DNA of 64,000 bases, from assembly GCF_006345805.1 (NCBI RefSeq), contig NC_043004.1, positions 52,638,001 to 52,702,000 on the forward strand. The letters are read 5' to 3'. A program made the translations under genes and the position numbers. Origin of the DNA: Octopus sinensis. Taxonomy: Eukaryota. Of the stretch, positions 26,133 to 39,804 are shown piece by piece (the stretch's first letter is position 1; every line of letters starts with the position of its first letter). The notes under the pieces are model-generated. The model saw only the letters and a list, made by a program, of their open reading frames with translations. It ran no database searches and was not told where the DNA came from.

Positions 26133-26248
26133 AAATCTGACAGCTGTTTCGGCAGTGAGGGCAGTCATACCTCATTTAACCTATAAGCCATAAAGGCAGG
26201 TATAAATGAGGCATTAACAAGGATGCCCCACGGCCTCTTCAGAGAATT
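26133..26248 (-). ncRNA. Type I hammerhead ribozyme (AGCT stem III)
   Basis: Minus strand reads aattct-CTGAAGA-ggc-cgtggggca...tgccctcac-tgcc-GAAAC-agct-GTC|agattt. The core is intact, stem II is ggc/gcc plus a distal helix, and stem I is tct/aga (extendable). AATAAA follows downstream (forward tttatt at about 26024). Confidence 0.78.
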
Positions 26249-27104
26249 AAATTTGTTATAATTGTGAAAAAGATTATTTAACCATATACATATAAATATA
26301 AAAATATGAAAATGTAAAATATAAAAACTTATACATAAACTTCATAATGCTACACTTATATAATATAATACTCATTGGTACAATAATGCAAGGTAAACAG
26401 AACAAAATAAAACAAAATATATATCAGTGTATATATTAATATTAATAAGCACCGTTATTATACATATTTGGCTAATAGTTTTTTTAAAAAAACCAACACA
26501 TAGGGAGATGAAAAATAATAAAATCATTGTTCAGTTCATAAAATTATAAAGCTATAAAGGTCAATAAAAATTACTATTAATATTAATAATAATGATAATA
26601 ATAATAATAATAGATACAGTTATGTTTGCACCAAGTCTATCCTTTCAAGATCGAAATAACTATGAGTTTAGAAATACTGACCACTAGGTAATGATAATTT
26701 AGATTAATTCGATTGGCTAGTGGTTTGAAATTTAAATCACAAAAGAAATTATACGGTTGGTTAGTCAAGGAACGCCAATATTCACACGCGCATCCACAGA
26801 TCAATCGCACATACACACATAATTATATGTATACACATACACTTATACACATACATAACCACAAGCAACAGCTAGCACATAGATAAACAAAAAGGGAAGC
26901 AACTATGCTGCCATTAAGTCCTTCAAAATTATAACTATGCCTCAAATAACAAAAATGATCCACTCATGCATTTCATAAAATATTTAATTTAAAGATAGAA
27001 ATATATTTTTAAATAACAGTATGTTACGAAGTCAGATACTATTCCATTGGGTAACTTAAAATTTATAACACCGGTATGTTGCATAGTAAACATACGGTTG
27101 TTAG

Positions 27105-27216
<112 letters not shown>

Positions 27217-27469
27217 TATATACACGCACACATACATGTACATACATGCACAGTTATATATACGCGTTTGTGTCTGTGTGAAGATAAATCTCTAGGCGTT
27301 TTTCTCTCCCCTCTCATTCCCTGTATGTATGCATTATGTAGCTACTGAGAACCTAATACCAAGAAAGTTAGGAATTTACTCAATTCTGTTAAATTTAATC
27401 AAAAGAAGACTTCCGTTAAAACATACCGTTCAACAACAGTCTCTACTTGTAGATGTTATAATGAATCTT

Positions 27470-27925
27470 TTATCCTTTTATTTCACTTGTTTTAGCCTTT
27501 AGAATGCGGCTATGCTGGAGCAGAGCCTTGAAGAATTTTTAGTCGAATTAATCGACCACAGGGATTTTTCTTTTGTAAAGCCTGGTACTTTTATTTCTTT
27601 CACTCATTTGACTGCAGCAATGCCAGAGCACTGCCTTGAAGGGTTTTAGTTGAACAAATCGACCCCAGGACTTATTTCTTAAGCTTATTCTACTGGTGTG
27701 TTTTACCGAACAGCTACGTTATGTGGACTTAAACACACCAGCACCGGTTGTCAATCGGTAATGGGAGGACAAACACAGACACAAAAACACTAACATAGGT
27801 GTATATACACAGCGGGCTGCTTTCAAATTCCGCCTACTTAATCCACTGCTAAGGTTTTGGTCCGTCTGAGGCTATTGTAGAAAACACTTGCCCGAGATGA
27901 GACGCAGTGGAACTGAGCCATGTAC
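27470..27925 (-). mobile_element. SINE family B copies/fragments
   Basis: Two tail segments (atgctggagcagagcc, atgccagagcactgcc) and head (gaaaacacttgcccgag...gtggaactgagcc) in reverse orientation. Confidence 0.7.
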
Positions 27926-28239
27926 ACCATATATAGTGTACATCATATATAGTGATTCGATGCATTGCAAATTTTGAGAGAAGTAATTAAACGATGTGTG
28001 TAATTTTCCTATAAGCCTACGAACGATATCCATCAGGAAAATAAGGAGGTGAAAAGGGTGTTTGCCAGAGTTAATAACTGTTAACAGGTAACTCTTCAAA
28101 GTTTTCAGCTGCACGGTTAAGGTGCAACTGAATGTGACACTTTTATGATCCAATGAATTTTATAAATGGAACACACAACATTGTAAATATACCTTACATC
28201 ATTAGAATCCTTTAATCTCATTCACCAAGAAACTGAGTA

Positions 28240-28710
28240 CCTTGTTTTGTGTTTGAGCAGTTATTTACGTGTAATTCGTATGTACACTAGAGAATTACTT
28301 AATTTTCTGGCCAATGTCGTCCGCAGTATCGTCGTGGCACTCCGTCGGTTACGACGACGAGGGTACCAGTTGATACGATCAACGGAACAGCCTGCTCGTG
28401 AAATTAACGTACAAGTGGCTGAGCACTCCACAGACACGTGTAACCTTAACGTAGTTCTCGGGGAGATTCAGCGTGACACAGAGTGTGACAAGGCTGGCCC
28501 TTTGAAATACAGGTACAACGGAGACAGGAAGAAAAAAACAAGAGAAAGTTATGGTGAAAGAGTACAGTAGGGTTCGCCACCACCCCTGCCGGGGCCACGT
28601 GGAGCTTAAATGTTTTCGCTCATTCTCAACGTCCGGTCTACGAATCGAAACCGCGATCCTACGACCACGTGTCCGCTGCCCTAATCTCTCGGCCGTTGCA
28701 CCTCCACAAA
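28240..28710 (+). repeat. Interspersed repeat (SINE/LINE 3'-end-like); partial second copy at about 37430-37470
   Basis: ggctggccctttgaaatacaggtac is shared with 37432-37457. The body is GC-richer and non-coding. Confidence 0.5.
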
Positions 28711-28812
28711 GTCATATCGACCTCGGCGGAACTTAAACTCAGAACGTAAAAACAGACGAAATGCTACTAAGCATTTTGCCTGGCGTGCTAACGATTCTGC
28801 CAGCTCAACGCC
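28711..28812 (-). mobile_element. SINE family A head
   Basis: Reverse complement ggcgttgagctggcagaatcgttagcacgccagg...gagtttaagttccgccgaggtcga. Confidence 0.8.
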
Positions 28813-29559
28813 TTCATGAAATTTGTCTGCTGTATGGAAAACTGGCAAATAGTCATCGTGTAAAATTTATGATTAGCCGAATCACTATAAATCGGGAACG
28901 CGTTCATAAATTTGTATTTGCTCCAATGATAAAGGCGAAGATTATACGAAACATTAATCTTTATATTTTGGATAAATTTAATAAGATATTTAATACATAC
29001 AAAGATGGACTGCATTGTTCACTACTGTATTTAACCGTACAGCTTGTCACTGCACACATATACATCCATCTATATTATATGCGTATATTTTATGTATGTA
29101 AGCATATTTGTCCATACATGTATAAATATGTGTATGTACATATATATATAAATATATATATATATATATGCGTGTTTGTGTGTGTGCAAAATTTCATTAT
29201 TTCATGTAACTGGTAGTGATATATTATATCTATTTTAACATAGATCTATTCACGCTAGGATAAATGGTTATTAAACCATTGAAAGCAAACTGAAAGAAAA
29301 TTACACATGAAAAACGAAGTACGAAGGCTCGAATATTTTAAGCATAGGTATCCGCAATCCATCAGGAACCTTTTTGGGCTAATTATAAACAACAAAATTA
29401 ACAGCTACTAGACGTGCTGAACACTAAAATTAATGGTCATTTAAATGTAGTTACGACGAAGAGAATATACAAAATATTCGAAATGGTTTTTTTAAACAAA
29501 AATGATATATACTCGGAGTTTCAAGCTAAATTTCCTAGTTTACATAAAAGGCTGATTTA

Positions 29560-29960
29560 ATCAAAGTAGCCGCACTCAGCTTCCTGGTAAAGCTGGTAAA
29601 TTTGAAGAAATCCACTTGATTTTTTCCGTAGGTCTGGCAAGGAGTCGAATCCTGCTGTCGCAAATGTATCCTTCCAGCAGCAACTCCCTCTAGCTAGTGT
29701 TTGACTATTGTCTCCAGCGGCCGTATATAGCCATCTGATATGAATACTGTCGTGCTGGTTCAATCCCAACGCCTGATGTCTCCCTTCTAGCTGGCTACGG
29801 TTACATAGTCATCTGTGCAGTTGCCCACGTCACATCTTACAGCCTTTACAATGCGCACGGAGCATTAAGTAGGAGTAACAATATCTGCATTTTTGACAGC
29901 AGATGGAATCATCATGATACAAGTAACTCTTTTCCAATGTTCAACTGGCTTCCAATTCTC
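29560..29960 (-). pseudogene. Decayed Tc1/mariner-superfamily (maT/DD37D-like) transposase fragment
   Basis: Manual frame gives ISDGYIRPLETIVKH*LEGVAAGRIHLRQQDSTPCQTYGKNQ, similar to maT-type NTDxYxxVLETVVKPW..VAAGRPYVWQQDSAPCHTS. No TIRs were found. Confidence 0.55.
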
Positions 29961-30452
29961 TATACTAGGTAACTTTTTCTCAACTACTTTAAATTAATCT
30001 CTTTGGTCTCCAAATCCGTTCCTGAAATCATCAAATTTATCCCGAAGAACACAAATAAATACAGGCAACTAAAGACATATACGACTATTGAGTATATATA
30101 GACTAGCACTGCGTGTACTATACTTAGTTCCGTTAATAGTTAGTGCCCTCGAAGTTGTACAACAATAGATGTTATACATCCTTCTCGCTATATGATGTTT
30201 AAAGCATGCATGCACTCTCATTCAGGCACAGGCACACACTCATGCGTGGGTGAGCAGGAATAAGATATATGGATGTGTACATACATAAATACATTCAAGC
30301 TTAGAGACAATCAAACATATACGTAGGTCAAACGGAGTTTCCGTGGTTGTTATGTTTTGCTGTTCTTGTTGAAAAATATAATTATAAACCTTTATCATTA
30401 TTATTCAGTGATCTTATTTTTATCACGTGCTTTCACTGCAACTATTATTATT

Positions 30453-30795
30453 GCAGCGAGCTGGCAGAAACGTTAGCACGCCGGGTGAAATGCTTAGCGG
30501 TTTTTCGTCTGCCGTTACATTCTGAGTTCAAATTCCGCCGAGGTCGACTTTGCCTCTCAATCTTTCGGGGTCGATTAAATAATTACCAGTTATGCACTGG
30601 GGTCGATATAATCAACTTAATCCGTTTGTCTGTCCTTGTTTGTTCCCTCTATGTGTAGCCCCTTGTGGACAGTAAAGAAATGGGTATTTCGCCCGTCGCT
30701 ACGCTCTGAGTTCAAATTCCGCTGAGGTCGACTTTACCTTTCGTCCTTCGGGGTCGATAAATTAAGTACCGGTTTTCAGCCTTGTGCCTGTAATA
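30453..30795 (+). mobile_element. SINE family A dimer-like copy
   Basis: gcagcgagctggcagaaacgttagcacgccggg...gagttcaaattccgccgagg, followed by a second B-box-bearing segment at about 30680-30770. Confidence 0.88.
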
Positions 30796-31544
30796 GACGG
30801 ATGATACGATATAATTTGTTTTTAGTCTGCGTTTTCCATGAAGAAATTATTTTAACCTAATAGGCAAAGAGTGATTTTCTTCAATAATCTAGGCAGATTT
30901 ACTTCATCAAGCTGGGAGGGGTCTGTCTGTCGTCATTTGCATGGCCTCTGCTGCTCTCGACATCAACAGAGTAATCACAACCGTGCAGCAGTGAGGTAAG
31001 CATTTTTTTTTTATTGCTTGGGAAATACAAACTCTTCCCTTATGGCAGTACATCAGTATGTTTTGTTTAGGGGTTTGTGCTTGAATCATTTTTCTTTTAG
31101 TATTTGTATTGTGAGCTGTGTTTATGCTGCGCGTTGTGTTCTTTAGTTGGATATCGGCGGTAACTTTAAGAGATGGGTCCTGTGTTCCGTGTGAACTTTT
31201 TGACAACACTGCTTCCAGCCGTGTGTTGCGCTTTCCTTCGTATCGTAATTGCCCAAGGTTCCTCAAAAGAAATTCATCGCTTTCTTAACAGATTTATCAA
31301 TGAGCACACCTGCCCCTTTTCGCTGTTTAGAAAGACACTCAAGAAGCTTGTTGCAGCTTTTGTTAAAGGCAGTAAAATACCGTGTGTTCGATGTTCCTTT
31401 GTTTCGAGTACGTATGGAGGCTACAACGTGTCTGAATTGTACAAAGGCAAATATCGAGAAATAGCAATGTTCATATGTGTACTTATGAGAATGCATAACT
31501 ATGATTAATTCTAGTGCTTACAATTCCGATGTGAGTCGTTTGGA

Positions 31545-31880
31545 CATCTCCACCTGTTGGGAACCTCGAAATGTTGTACCTTCCATTTCTGTTATGATTC
31601 TTGGTGGAATTCACTTGACACATATTGTGGCACGATGAACAGGGAGTACCTCGCTTGCGGCTGTTTTTCGAGATACAGGGTGGATAAACTCCAATGTTCA
31701 TTCTCTTAGAGTCAGAAACAGAGGTTAGGAATTCTCTTATACCTTTATTCCGTCTAAAAGCAACAATAGACGGCTGAGGAAATATTTGTTTGAAAACAGG
31801 ATATTTTTGGGCAAAATGCTGATAACATAAAGTATGCAGCGGCGATTCCACGTGTTGCTTACACGCGTAGATTATGCAGC
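31545..31880 (-). pseudogene. Partial duplicate of the PLE linker region (copy of about 32505-32755)
   Basis: QHFAQKYPVFKQIFPQPSIVAFRRNKGIREFL...CSSC. Nearly the same DNA occurs at 32505-32755, which has small deletions. Confidence 0.8.
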
Positions 31881-32199
31881 AGCAAATCCACATTTTTGTT
31901 GTTATTATTGTTGTTATTCTAAAAATATTGATGAAAATCTTCACAAAGGGAAATAGATATTACGAAGAGCGTGATTCAATTGTAATAGATATTTTATTCG
32001 TTCAACGATATTTCGACAGCTACCTTGTCTTTGTCGAGATTAAAATGAAAAAAATTACATAGAAATTCAAATCCAAAATTTGAGCGAGGGTAACCAGTGT
32101 TCCAACGTTAACGGAATGACATCAGTCTTCAATTGTCAAGTTTAAAACTGGTATAAAAAACAAAAAGTAAAAAGAAGAGAAAGAAGAGAAGAAAAGAAA

Positions 32200-34470
32200 A
32201 GAAAAATGAAGAATATTTAAACAAATAGTTTTGTGTAAATATGATGAAATCCTGTCATTTTATTCATCCCTCCATATTTCTCCTCATACATTTTGAGGAT
32301 TGAAAGTGTAGCAGATTCAGAATATTTTCCCAGAAAATGCACTTTCAAGACTTTTTCAAAATTGCAGCCGTTTGAAGTAAAACGTTCGGCAAGTTCTATC
32401 CAACTATTGTTATTGTGCCCGACGTCATATCTGTAACCATTGAATCTTTTGTTTAATTGTTCTGTTGTACAACCAACATAAATCAAGTTGTATTTCTACA
32501 TTCTGCTGCGTACACCAAATGGGAACCTCGAAATGTACCTTCCATTTCTGTTATGATTCTTGGCGGAATTCACTTGACACATATTGTGGCACGATGAACA
32601 GGGCTGTTTTTCAAGATACAGGGTGGATAAACTCCAATGTTCGTTCTCTTAGAGTCAGAATTCTCTTATAACTTTATTCCGTCTAAAAGCAACAATAGAC
32701 GGCTGAGGAAATATTTGTTTGAAAAGAGGATATTTTTGGGCAAAATGCTGATAACTTTCATGTAACACTTTTGAAATGCCCGCGAAATTTCGGGGCCAGT
32801 TAATCACTAAAGAAATTCTGTCACATATTGTACTTTGCTCGCTAAGTTTATGCGTAAAAGTTTGACTTTCTTGCCAATCCTATCTTTGTCATTTTTATTT
32901 TCTTTAATAGCAATTGACTGTAACTGCGTTTGACATAATGATGTACAAAAGCATTTGCAAGTTTCCGATAATCCCCCATGTCAGTACAAATCCGTTATAT
33001 CCGCAAAATTTGGGTTTTGGGATTTGACAGAATTATATGATATGGATGATCGGAGCGACGGTAGATGTAAATGTGGAATGACGTGGGCTTACAAAATAAC
33101 TGTTACTATTCTGCCTTCAGAAAAATTAAATCTTGTGCCCCAAAATTCAACGCTAGTTTTTAAAAAGCTTTAAAATTTTACATTGGACTTAAAGCCATAG
33201 TATTAACATAACAACAACAGGAATGCAAGAAGTCAATTAAACTATCCTGTGATCATTTCCAGACAAAAAAGACATCATGAATGTACCATAACCAGAGTAT
33301 TGGTTTATGACAATGTAGGCATTTGAATGTCTTCAGTAAATTTGTCTCGAATTTTGTCATGAAGACATTAGCGAAATTAACAGCCATATAAAATTTTTGT
33401 CCAAATTTCATTGTGTTACTTTATAACACAAACCTCAATAGACTACAAAGATAATTAGATGGAATACATTAGTTTGAACGTTTTTCGAAGGCATCCATGC
33501 ATGCTTCTACCATTTCATCGTCGTCAATTTGGGGATATAAGGATGAAACGTCCATGGTTACCAAAAAGCAGTTTTCTATATGGCCTCAGTGCTTGATAAA
33601 GTTGTTGATTTTAGACTCAAAATCAAACGTATTGCCAGTATAGGAACTTGATCTTTTTGTATAGGAACTTGATCTGTCCAGCTACTCCAAAATTTTGGTT
33701 ACACTTATCCGCAGCAAACTGGGTGCATTGCAGGAAATCTTTCGCAAAGTTTGTGTTTTTGGGAAGCCATAAAATACAGGTGGTGTACTTTCCCACCGTA
33801 AAATCCTGAATTCGGCTTTATTAATGAAAGTGTTTTCTTCCATTTCCAGAATTATTTCGTGAAGTTCCTTTCTGCAATTGGGGTTTGGATCAACAGGTGG
33901 TTTTTCATATAACATTTTCTCACTTAAAAAATTCTTCACAAGCCGAAATATACTCAGTTTTGTCCATAATTACAACAGTACCTCCCTTATCCGCCATTTT
34001 AATAACTATAGAATAATTATTAGCTAGACGACGGAGTGCCTAGCGCTGGAAATTTGTAAGGTTGATTCAAAACGTCTTACCACTTGTTTTAAGGCTTTCC
34101 CTAATACTCGTCTGATAAGATTTTAAAAAATTCTAATAGAGCTTGTGAACGTCAAACCCGAACTTTATCTGGATATAAATTGAGATTCTTTTCAATCCAA
34201 TTATGTCAGATTCAATCATCATCAGTTTTATTTTCAGTAAGCATAGCGTTTCGGACACCTCATTATCAGTTTCTTTAACAAATATTCCTTCAGCTTGTGA
34301 CGGCGGACAAACCGAAATAGCTGTTGAATTAGTTTATCCTTGTCGAAATTATTAGTGTTTGGGCAGAAACTCAATCCATGCTCCAAGACAAAGGCATCGT
34401 CTTGTGAACGTTTTAATTCAGACAAAATTAAGACGGACTTATTCTCTAGTGTAATGGATTTTCTTGAGCA
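32200..34470 (-). mobile_element. Penelope-like retroelement, nearly full-length pseudogenised ORF (N-term, RT, linker, GIY-YIG endonuclease)
   Basis: Motifs appear in order: VLEHGLSFCP...FVRRHKLKEY (34234-34425), YEKPPVDPNP...PPVFYGFPKT (33682-33939), FLVTMDVSSLYPQI (about 33530-33590), LWLWYIHDVFFVW (RT active site with YIDD changed to YIHD, about 33255-33300), IFPQPSIVAFRRNK, and IYVGCTTEQLNKRFNGYR (GIY-YIG, 32217-32486). Confidence 0.88.
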
Positions 34471-35523
34471 TGTTTTTTTAGTGTTTTACTTTCATTAGAT
34501 TCCTCACTAACTTTTGGGTCTCGCTCGAAGTCTTCACTTAAAACCTGGAACTTATTGTTCTATACGGGCATCCAAAATTGCAATCCAGTGGCCCACTAAC
34601 ACTAAAGAGCGAGACGCCACTAGAAAGGCCTCCAGGCGCCCGAAGAAATATTGTTCTGAATGTTCACGTGAGAAGTCATAAAAATGTATTTATTTATATA
34701 TGAATGAATTTATGTATGTAAGCATACACACATATACATAAATTCTTACGCGCGTACAGTTTAAGAGAAACAAATAAGAAAATATTTTAGATCATAGACA
34801 TAGCATTAATAGTAGAGTCACGTGTGTCATACAAACTATAGGCGCGAAGGAGATGAATTATTAAATCACGGAATATTATTTGTCGCTTATTTTCTGAGAT
34901 CTAATTTAAAATTGTATTCTCTTTATAAATATATTTACATTTTTTCTTTCTTTCAAATTCGATTATAATTTCGTATATCTTTTCTATATTGAATTTGAAA
35001 ATATCTATTTAACGAATGAATTATGCACGTCTTTTGTACAAACACCAATGTATACTCAGATACCTACTTGTAGACACTCTCAAGCACTGAGAGGCACATA
35101 CACCCACACACACAAAGACACACACACACACAGACACATATACAGACACACAGACACACATATACACACAGACACACACACATACACACAGACACACACA
35201 TATACAAACACACTCATATATATATATATATGTATGTATGTACATATACGTGTGTCTATGTATGTCTCACTCTCTTTATATATGTATACATACTATGCAT
35301 ACAAATATGTGTATACATACACACGATTGTATGTATATACATATGTGTCAATATATGCTTATATACACAAACACCCACTCACATATACTTATAGATACAT
35401 ATAATTCACATATGTGTGTATATATTTATATATATATGCAAATTATACGTATATCTATCTATGTATCAACCTAGCAATTTATATCTATCTACCTATCTGT
35501 CTACAGACACACACACACACACA

Positions 35524-35601
<78 letters not shown>

Positions 35602-35884
35602 GCACTCACATTCCTACTCATCTACATACATATAGAACTTATAATAAATTTTTCACAAACTAAATATATTTTTAGCACGTACACACGGCAGGAATAGAAA
35701 TAAAAACAGATTCTCGAAAATCTTTCGTGAGAAGGCACAAAAAAATTACAAAAACAATGATAAAAGAGTAAATAAATTTTAACCGACAACAGTTTAAAGA
35801 TATTTAAAGAAGAGACGAAAAAACAATGTATGTATGATTGAAACCATTGGCAAGAACATAGTAGACACAACAGATAACTGAACA

Positions 35885-35901
35885 ATAATAATAACAATAA
35901 C

Positions 35902-35965
<64 letters not shown>

Positions 35966-35982
35966 TTAATAATAATAATAAT

Positions 35983-36013
<31 letters not shown>

Positions 36014-36099
36014 TTAATAATAATAATATTAATAATAATAATAATATTAATAATAAATATAATAATAATAATAATAATAATTATAATAATAATAATAAT

Positions 36100-36135
<36 letters not shown>

Positions 36136-36217
36136 TAATAATAATAATATTAATAATAATATTAATATTAATAATAAATAATAATAATAATTAATAATAA
36201 TAATAATATTAATAATA

Positions 36218-36259
<42 letters not shown>

Positions 36260-36298
36260 TATTATAATAATAATATAATAATATTAATAATAATAATA

Positions 36299-36333
<35 letters not shown>

Positions 36334-36427
36334 TAATAATATTAATAATAATAATAATAAATAATAATAATAATAATATTAATAATAATAATATTAATAA
36401 TAATAATAATATTAATAATAATAATAT

Positions 36428-36490
<63 letters not shown>

Positions 36491-36503
36491 TAATAATAAT
36501 AAT
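35885..36503. repeat. Long imperfect (AAT)n array, about 620 bp
   Basis: Direct reading. Confidence 0.97.
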
Positions 36504-36900
36504 AGACAGACAAGGTATTAGAGCACCTGAAGGCCAGATATAGTGACCTTTAGGAAGGACAAAGAAGTGTGCCTTTTAATTGACGTGGAAGTGCCAGACG
36601 ATAAACACTTCATGAAAGAAAGAGAAAATGGTGACAAATATGGAGACGTGAGAATTGAGATTGTTAATATGTGGCAGCCACGAGAGTCAAACATAAAGGT
36701 TATCACTATTGCCTTCGGAACATTGGGTTCAATGCCATCCAATCTGAAAAAGCATCTGAAATCCTTAGAAATACACTACAATCTAGATATTGTGCAAAAT
36801 TCTGCATTACTTGGAACCGCATGGATATTGCGTAAAGTACTGTCTGATTGTTGTCCTTCTTGTGACCTGAGAAACAATACCAACCACCAGTAGATACAAT
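36504..36900 (+). mobile_element. 5'-truncated REL-endonuclease non-LTR retrotransposon (Dong/R4-like 3' end)
   Basis: TDKVLEH-RPDIVTFRKDKEVCLLIDVEVPDD...DKYGDVRIEI..MW...VITIAFGTLG...IVQNSALLGTAWILRKVL is a PD-(D/E)xK-type REL domain C-terminus. Confidence 0.85.
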
Positions 36901-37249
36901 ATCTTCACTCAACAACCTCACGATATTGTACGACGTCTATAATATGCATAATAATGATGATGATGATGATGATGATAATAATAATAATAATACTAACAAT
37001 AATGATAATTATAATAATAATAATAATAATAATATTAATAACATAATAATAATATATATACATATATATATAAACATGTATACACACATACATATATATA
37101 TATTTATACATATACATATATATATAAAATATACATACATATATATATAAAATATACATACATATATATATATATGTATATATATATATTTATATATATA
37201 TATATATAATATATATATATATATTTATATAAATATCTACAAATATATA

Positions 37250-37293
<44 letters not shown>

Positions 37294-38368
37294 GGTGCGG
37301 TGAACATATTGTTGTCTAAATGACGCAAAAATGAAAATAACACTGACATCTCATTTTAATAGATAAATTTACCAAAATTGCATAAAAATATCTTGAAATA
37401 CTACAGAGAATGTATTCAATATATTTTGACATGGCTGGCCCCTTTGAAATACAGGTACAGCGAAGTTTTGCTAGATGAGTGGACTAGAGCAACGTGAAGG
37501 TAAAGTGTCTTGCTCAAGGAGACAACACACATCAAGCAATCAAACTCAATACCTTATGATCGTGGGCCGAATATGCTAATAGACAAGCCACGCACCTTCA
37601 AAATAATATAACAAAATAAAAACGTGGCAATCAAAAACCTCTTATCAACAACACACCTGAAACATGTGAGCCCAAGAATAAACTGGAGTTGCCCAACGTG
37701 GCTTACAATTTTGGCTGTAAAGCTAAATGTTACGAATTACATTTTAAAAAAAGGTATAACACTCTGACGTCGGCTCCTGAAGCATCTGTAATATAGATTT
37801 GTTGAACAGAAGTACACCATACAACACAAAACGAAATTATATCGGAAAGTGCTAGAAAAAAATAGTTATATACTTTATAATATCCCGCTCACAAAGAGCA
37901 TATTGATCCTTGGAGCCACATATTAATTGCATTACAGTGCGAAAATTAGCAAACAAGCTCACACATCAAAAGTAACTAACATGTGAATACTATGCATAAT
38001 ACTAACGGTAACTAAATATTTGTCGGGAAGATTTACAAAAAGCAAGTCATTACATAATTAATAATCCGGATGTAAAATATACTGAATTCAAATTGTGATA
38101 ATGAGATTGTAAATGTCTCGGATCATCGGATATAGATTTGGGAAATGTATTGAACTGCAACGGTTGTAATATCATAATAGAAAAATATGAAAAAAAAAAC
38201 TTCAACATAGTCGTGTATTTAATTACACAATTACACATGCATATATAGAGGTATACACATACATATATACATACATGTGTTTATATGTATGTGTGTATAT
38301 ATACATATATATGTATATATGTACATAAATGCATATGTCTATACAGTTACACACATATTATCCATAGA

Positions 38369-39257
38369 TGAGGTCTGATCTATAAGTATCCGGATTGTTA
38401 CCATATTAATCAAGCGGAAGTATGTAGACTAAAGCCGCTTGGCACAGATTGATCTTAAACTCTGCTGTGCATACACACAAAGTTTTAAAGTTCTAGCGCA
38501 CTTCCGCTGTTTACAGAAACGCTTGGAAGTAACGTGTGTAACATATGTTCGTCACGTTGGCTGTGACAATGTTGAGCTGAGAATTTTCATCAAGTTTTGC
38601 CAAAACCTTAGCGATACCTGCTCAGAAGCCTATGCAAAGTTTTCAGAGTTTTCATCGTTGTCGATTCAATCAAAGAGAGTGAGTGCAACTGAAACCCGAG
38701 TATGTTCTCGGTCAGTTGGAAGCAGTTTTGGCTGAAACTTGGCAGACACACGTCTCAAACGCAAATCTCCAGTGATAATGGACTGGACTGAACCTTAACT
38801 CATCTGCATATCCTCTGATAAGTTACGGATGATGAAATCAATGATTTCTTCTCACAGCTGCACGCACATCTGAAATGGTTTCTCAGTTCTGCTGGTTGCA
38901 GGGCTCTCAGAACGTTCGTCACTATCGATAGTTTTTCAGCTATCTTCGAAACGTCTGAACCACTCGTACACTTGTGTGCGGCTCATTCAGTCCTCTCCAA
39001 ATATTTTCTGAAGCATTGCGTTGGACTCTGAGCAGGTATCCTCTGACACCTTTCTCTGTCATGGTCAATGCCACGATCACACTTTACACATGTTATTTCG
39101 AAACACCGATGTAAATAGCAGAAGAGAGCTGGAAAGCTAAAACTTAGTGCATATGCACAGCATAGGTTAAGATCGATCTGTTGCCCACCAGCGTTACTCT
39201 GCATGCATTAGCTTCGTTACTATAGCAATAGTCCGAATACTTATTGATCAGACCTCG
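38369..39257. mobile_element. Non-autonomous mariner-like element built from two oppositely oriented 5' halves
   Basis: TIRs gaggtctgatctataagtatccgga (38370-) and tccgaatacttattgatcagacctcg-ta (-39257). The plus strand encodes ELRIFIKFCQNLSDTCSEAYAK. The minus strand encodes FGED*MSRTQVYEWFRRF...DERSESP...LRRVSAKF.PKLL. No catalytic domain. Confidence 0.8.
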
Positions 39258-39262
39258 TATAC

Positions 39263-39324
<62 letters not shown>

Positions 39325-39329
<5 letters not shown>

Positions 39330-39554
39330 CTTTACTACCCACAACGGGCTAAACATAGAGGGGACAAACAAGGACAGACAAAGGGATTAAGTCGATTACA
39401 TCGACCCCAGTGCGAAACTGGTAATTTATTTATCGACCCCGAAGGGATTAAGGTAAAGTCGACCTCGGCGGAATTTGAACTCAGAACGTAACGACAGACG
39501 AAATACCGCTAAGCATTTCGCCCGTCTAGCTAACGTTTCTGCCAGCTCGCCGCC
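39325..39554 (-). mobile_element. SINE family A, complete monomer
   Basis: Reverse complement gggcggcgagctggcagaaacgttagc...gagttcaaattccgccgagg...gtagtaaagaaata. Confidence 0.9.
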
Positions 39555-39804
39555 CTTTTATATATATATATATATATACACGTGATTGCATGTATGTATG
39601 TATGTGTGTATGTATGTGTGTATGTATGTATGTATGTATGTATGTATGAATGAATGTATGTATGTATATATGTGTGTGTGCGCGCGCAGGCCTAAAACGA
39701 ATATATGCTTGTATGTATATCTGTTTGTATACTCCTTTGTACTAACAATATTTGCATACATTCCTAGAGTATATGAAAATATACAATAGCTTTCTTATAA
39801 AGAA

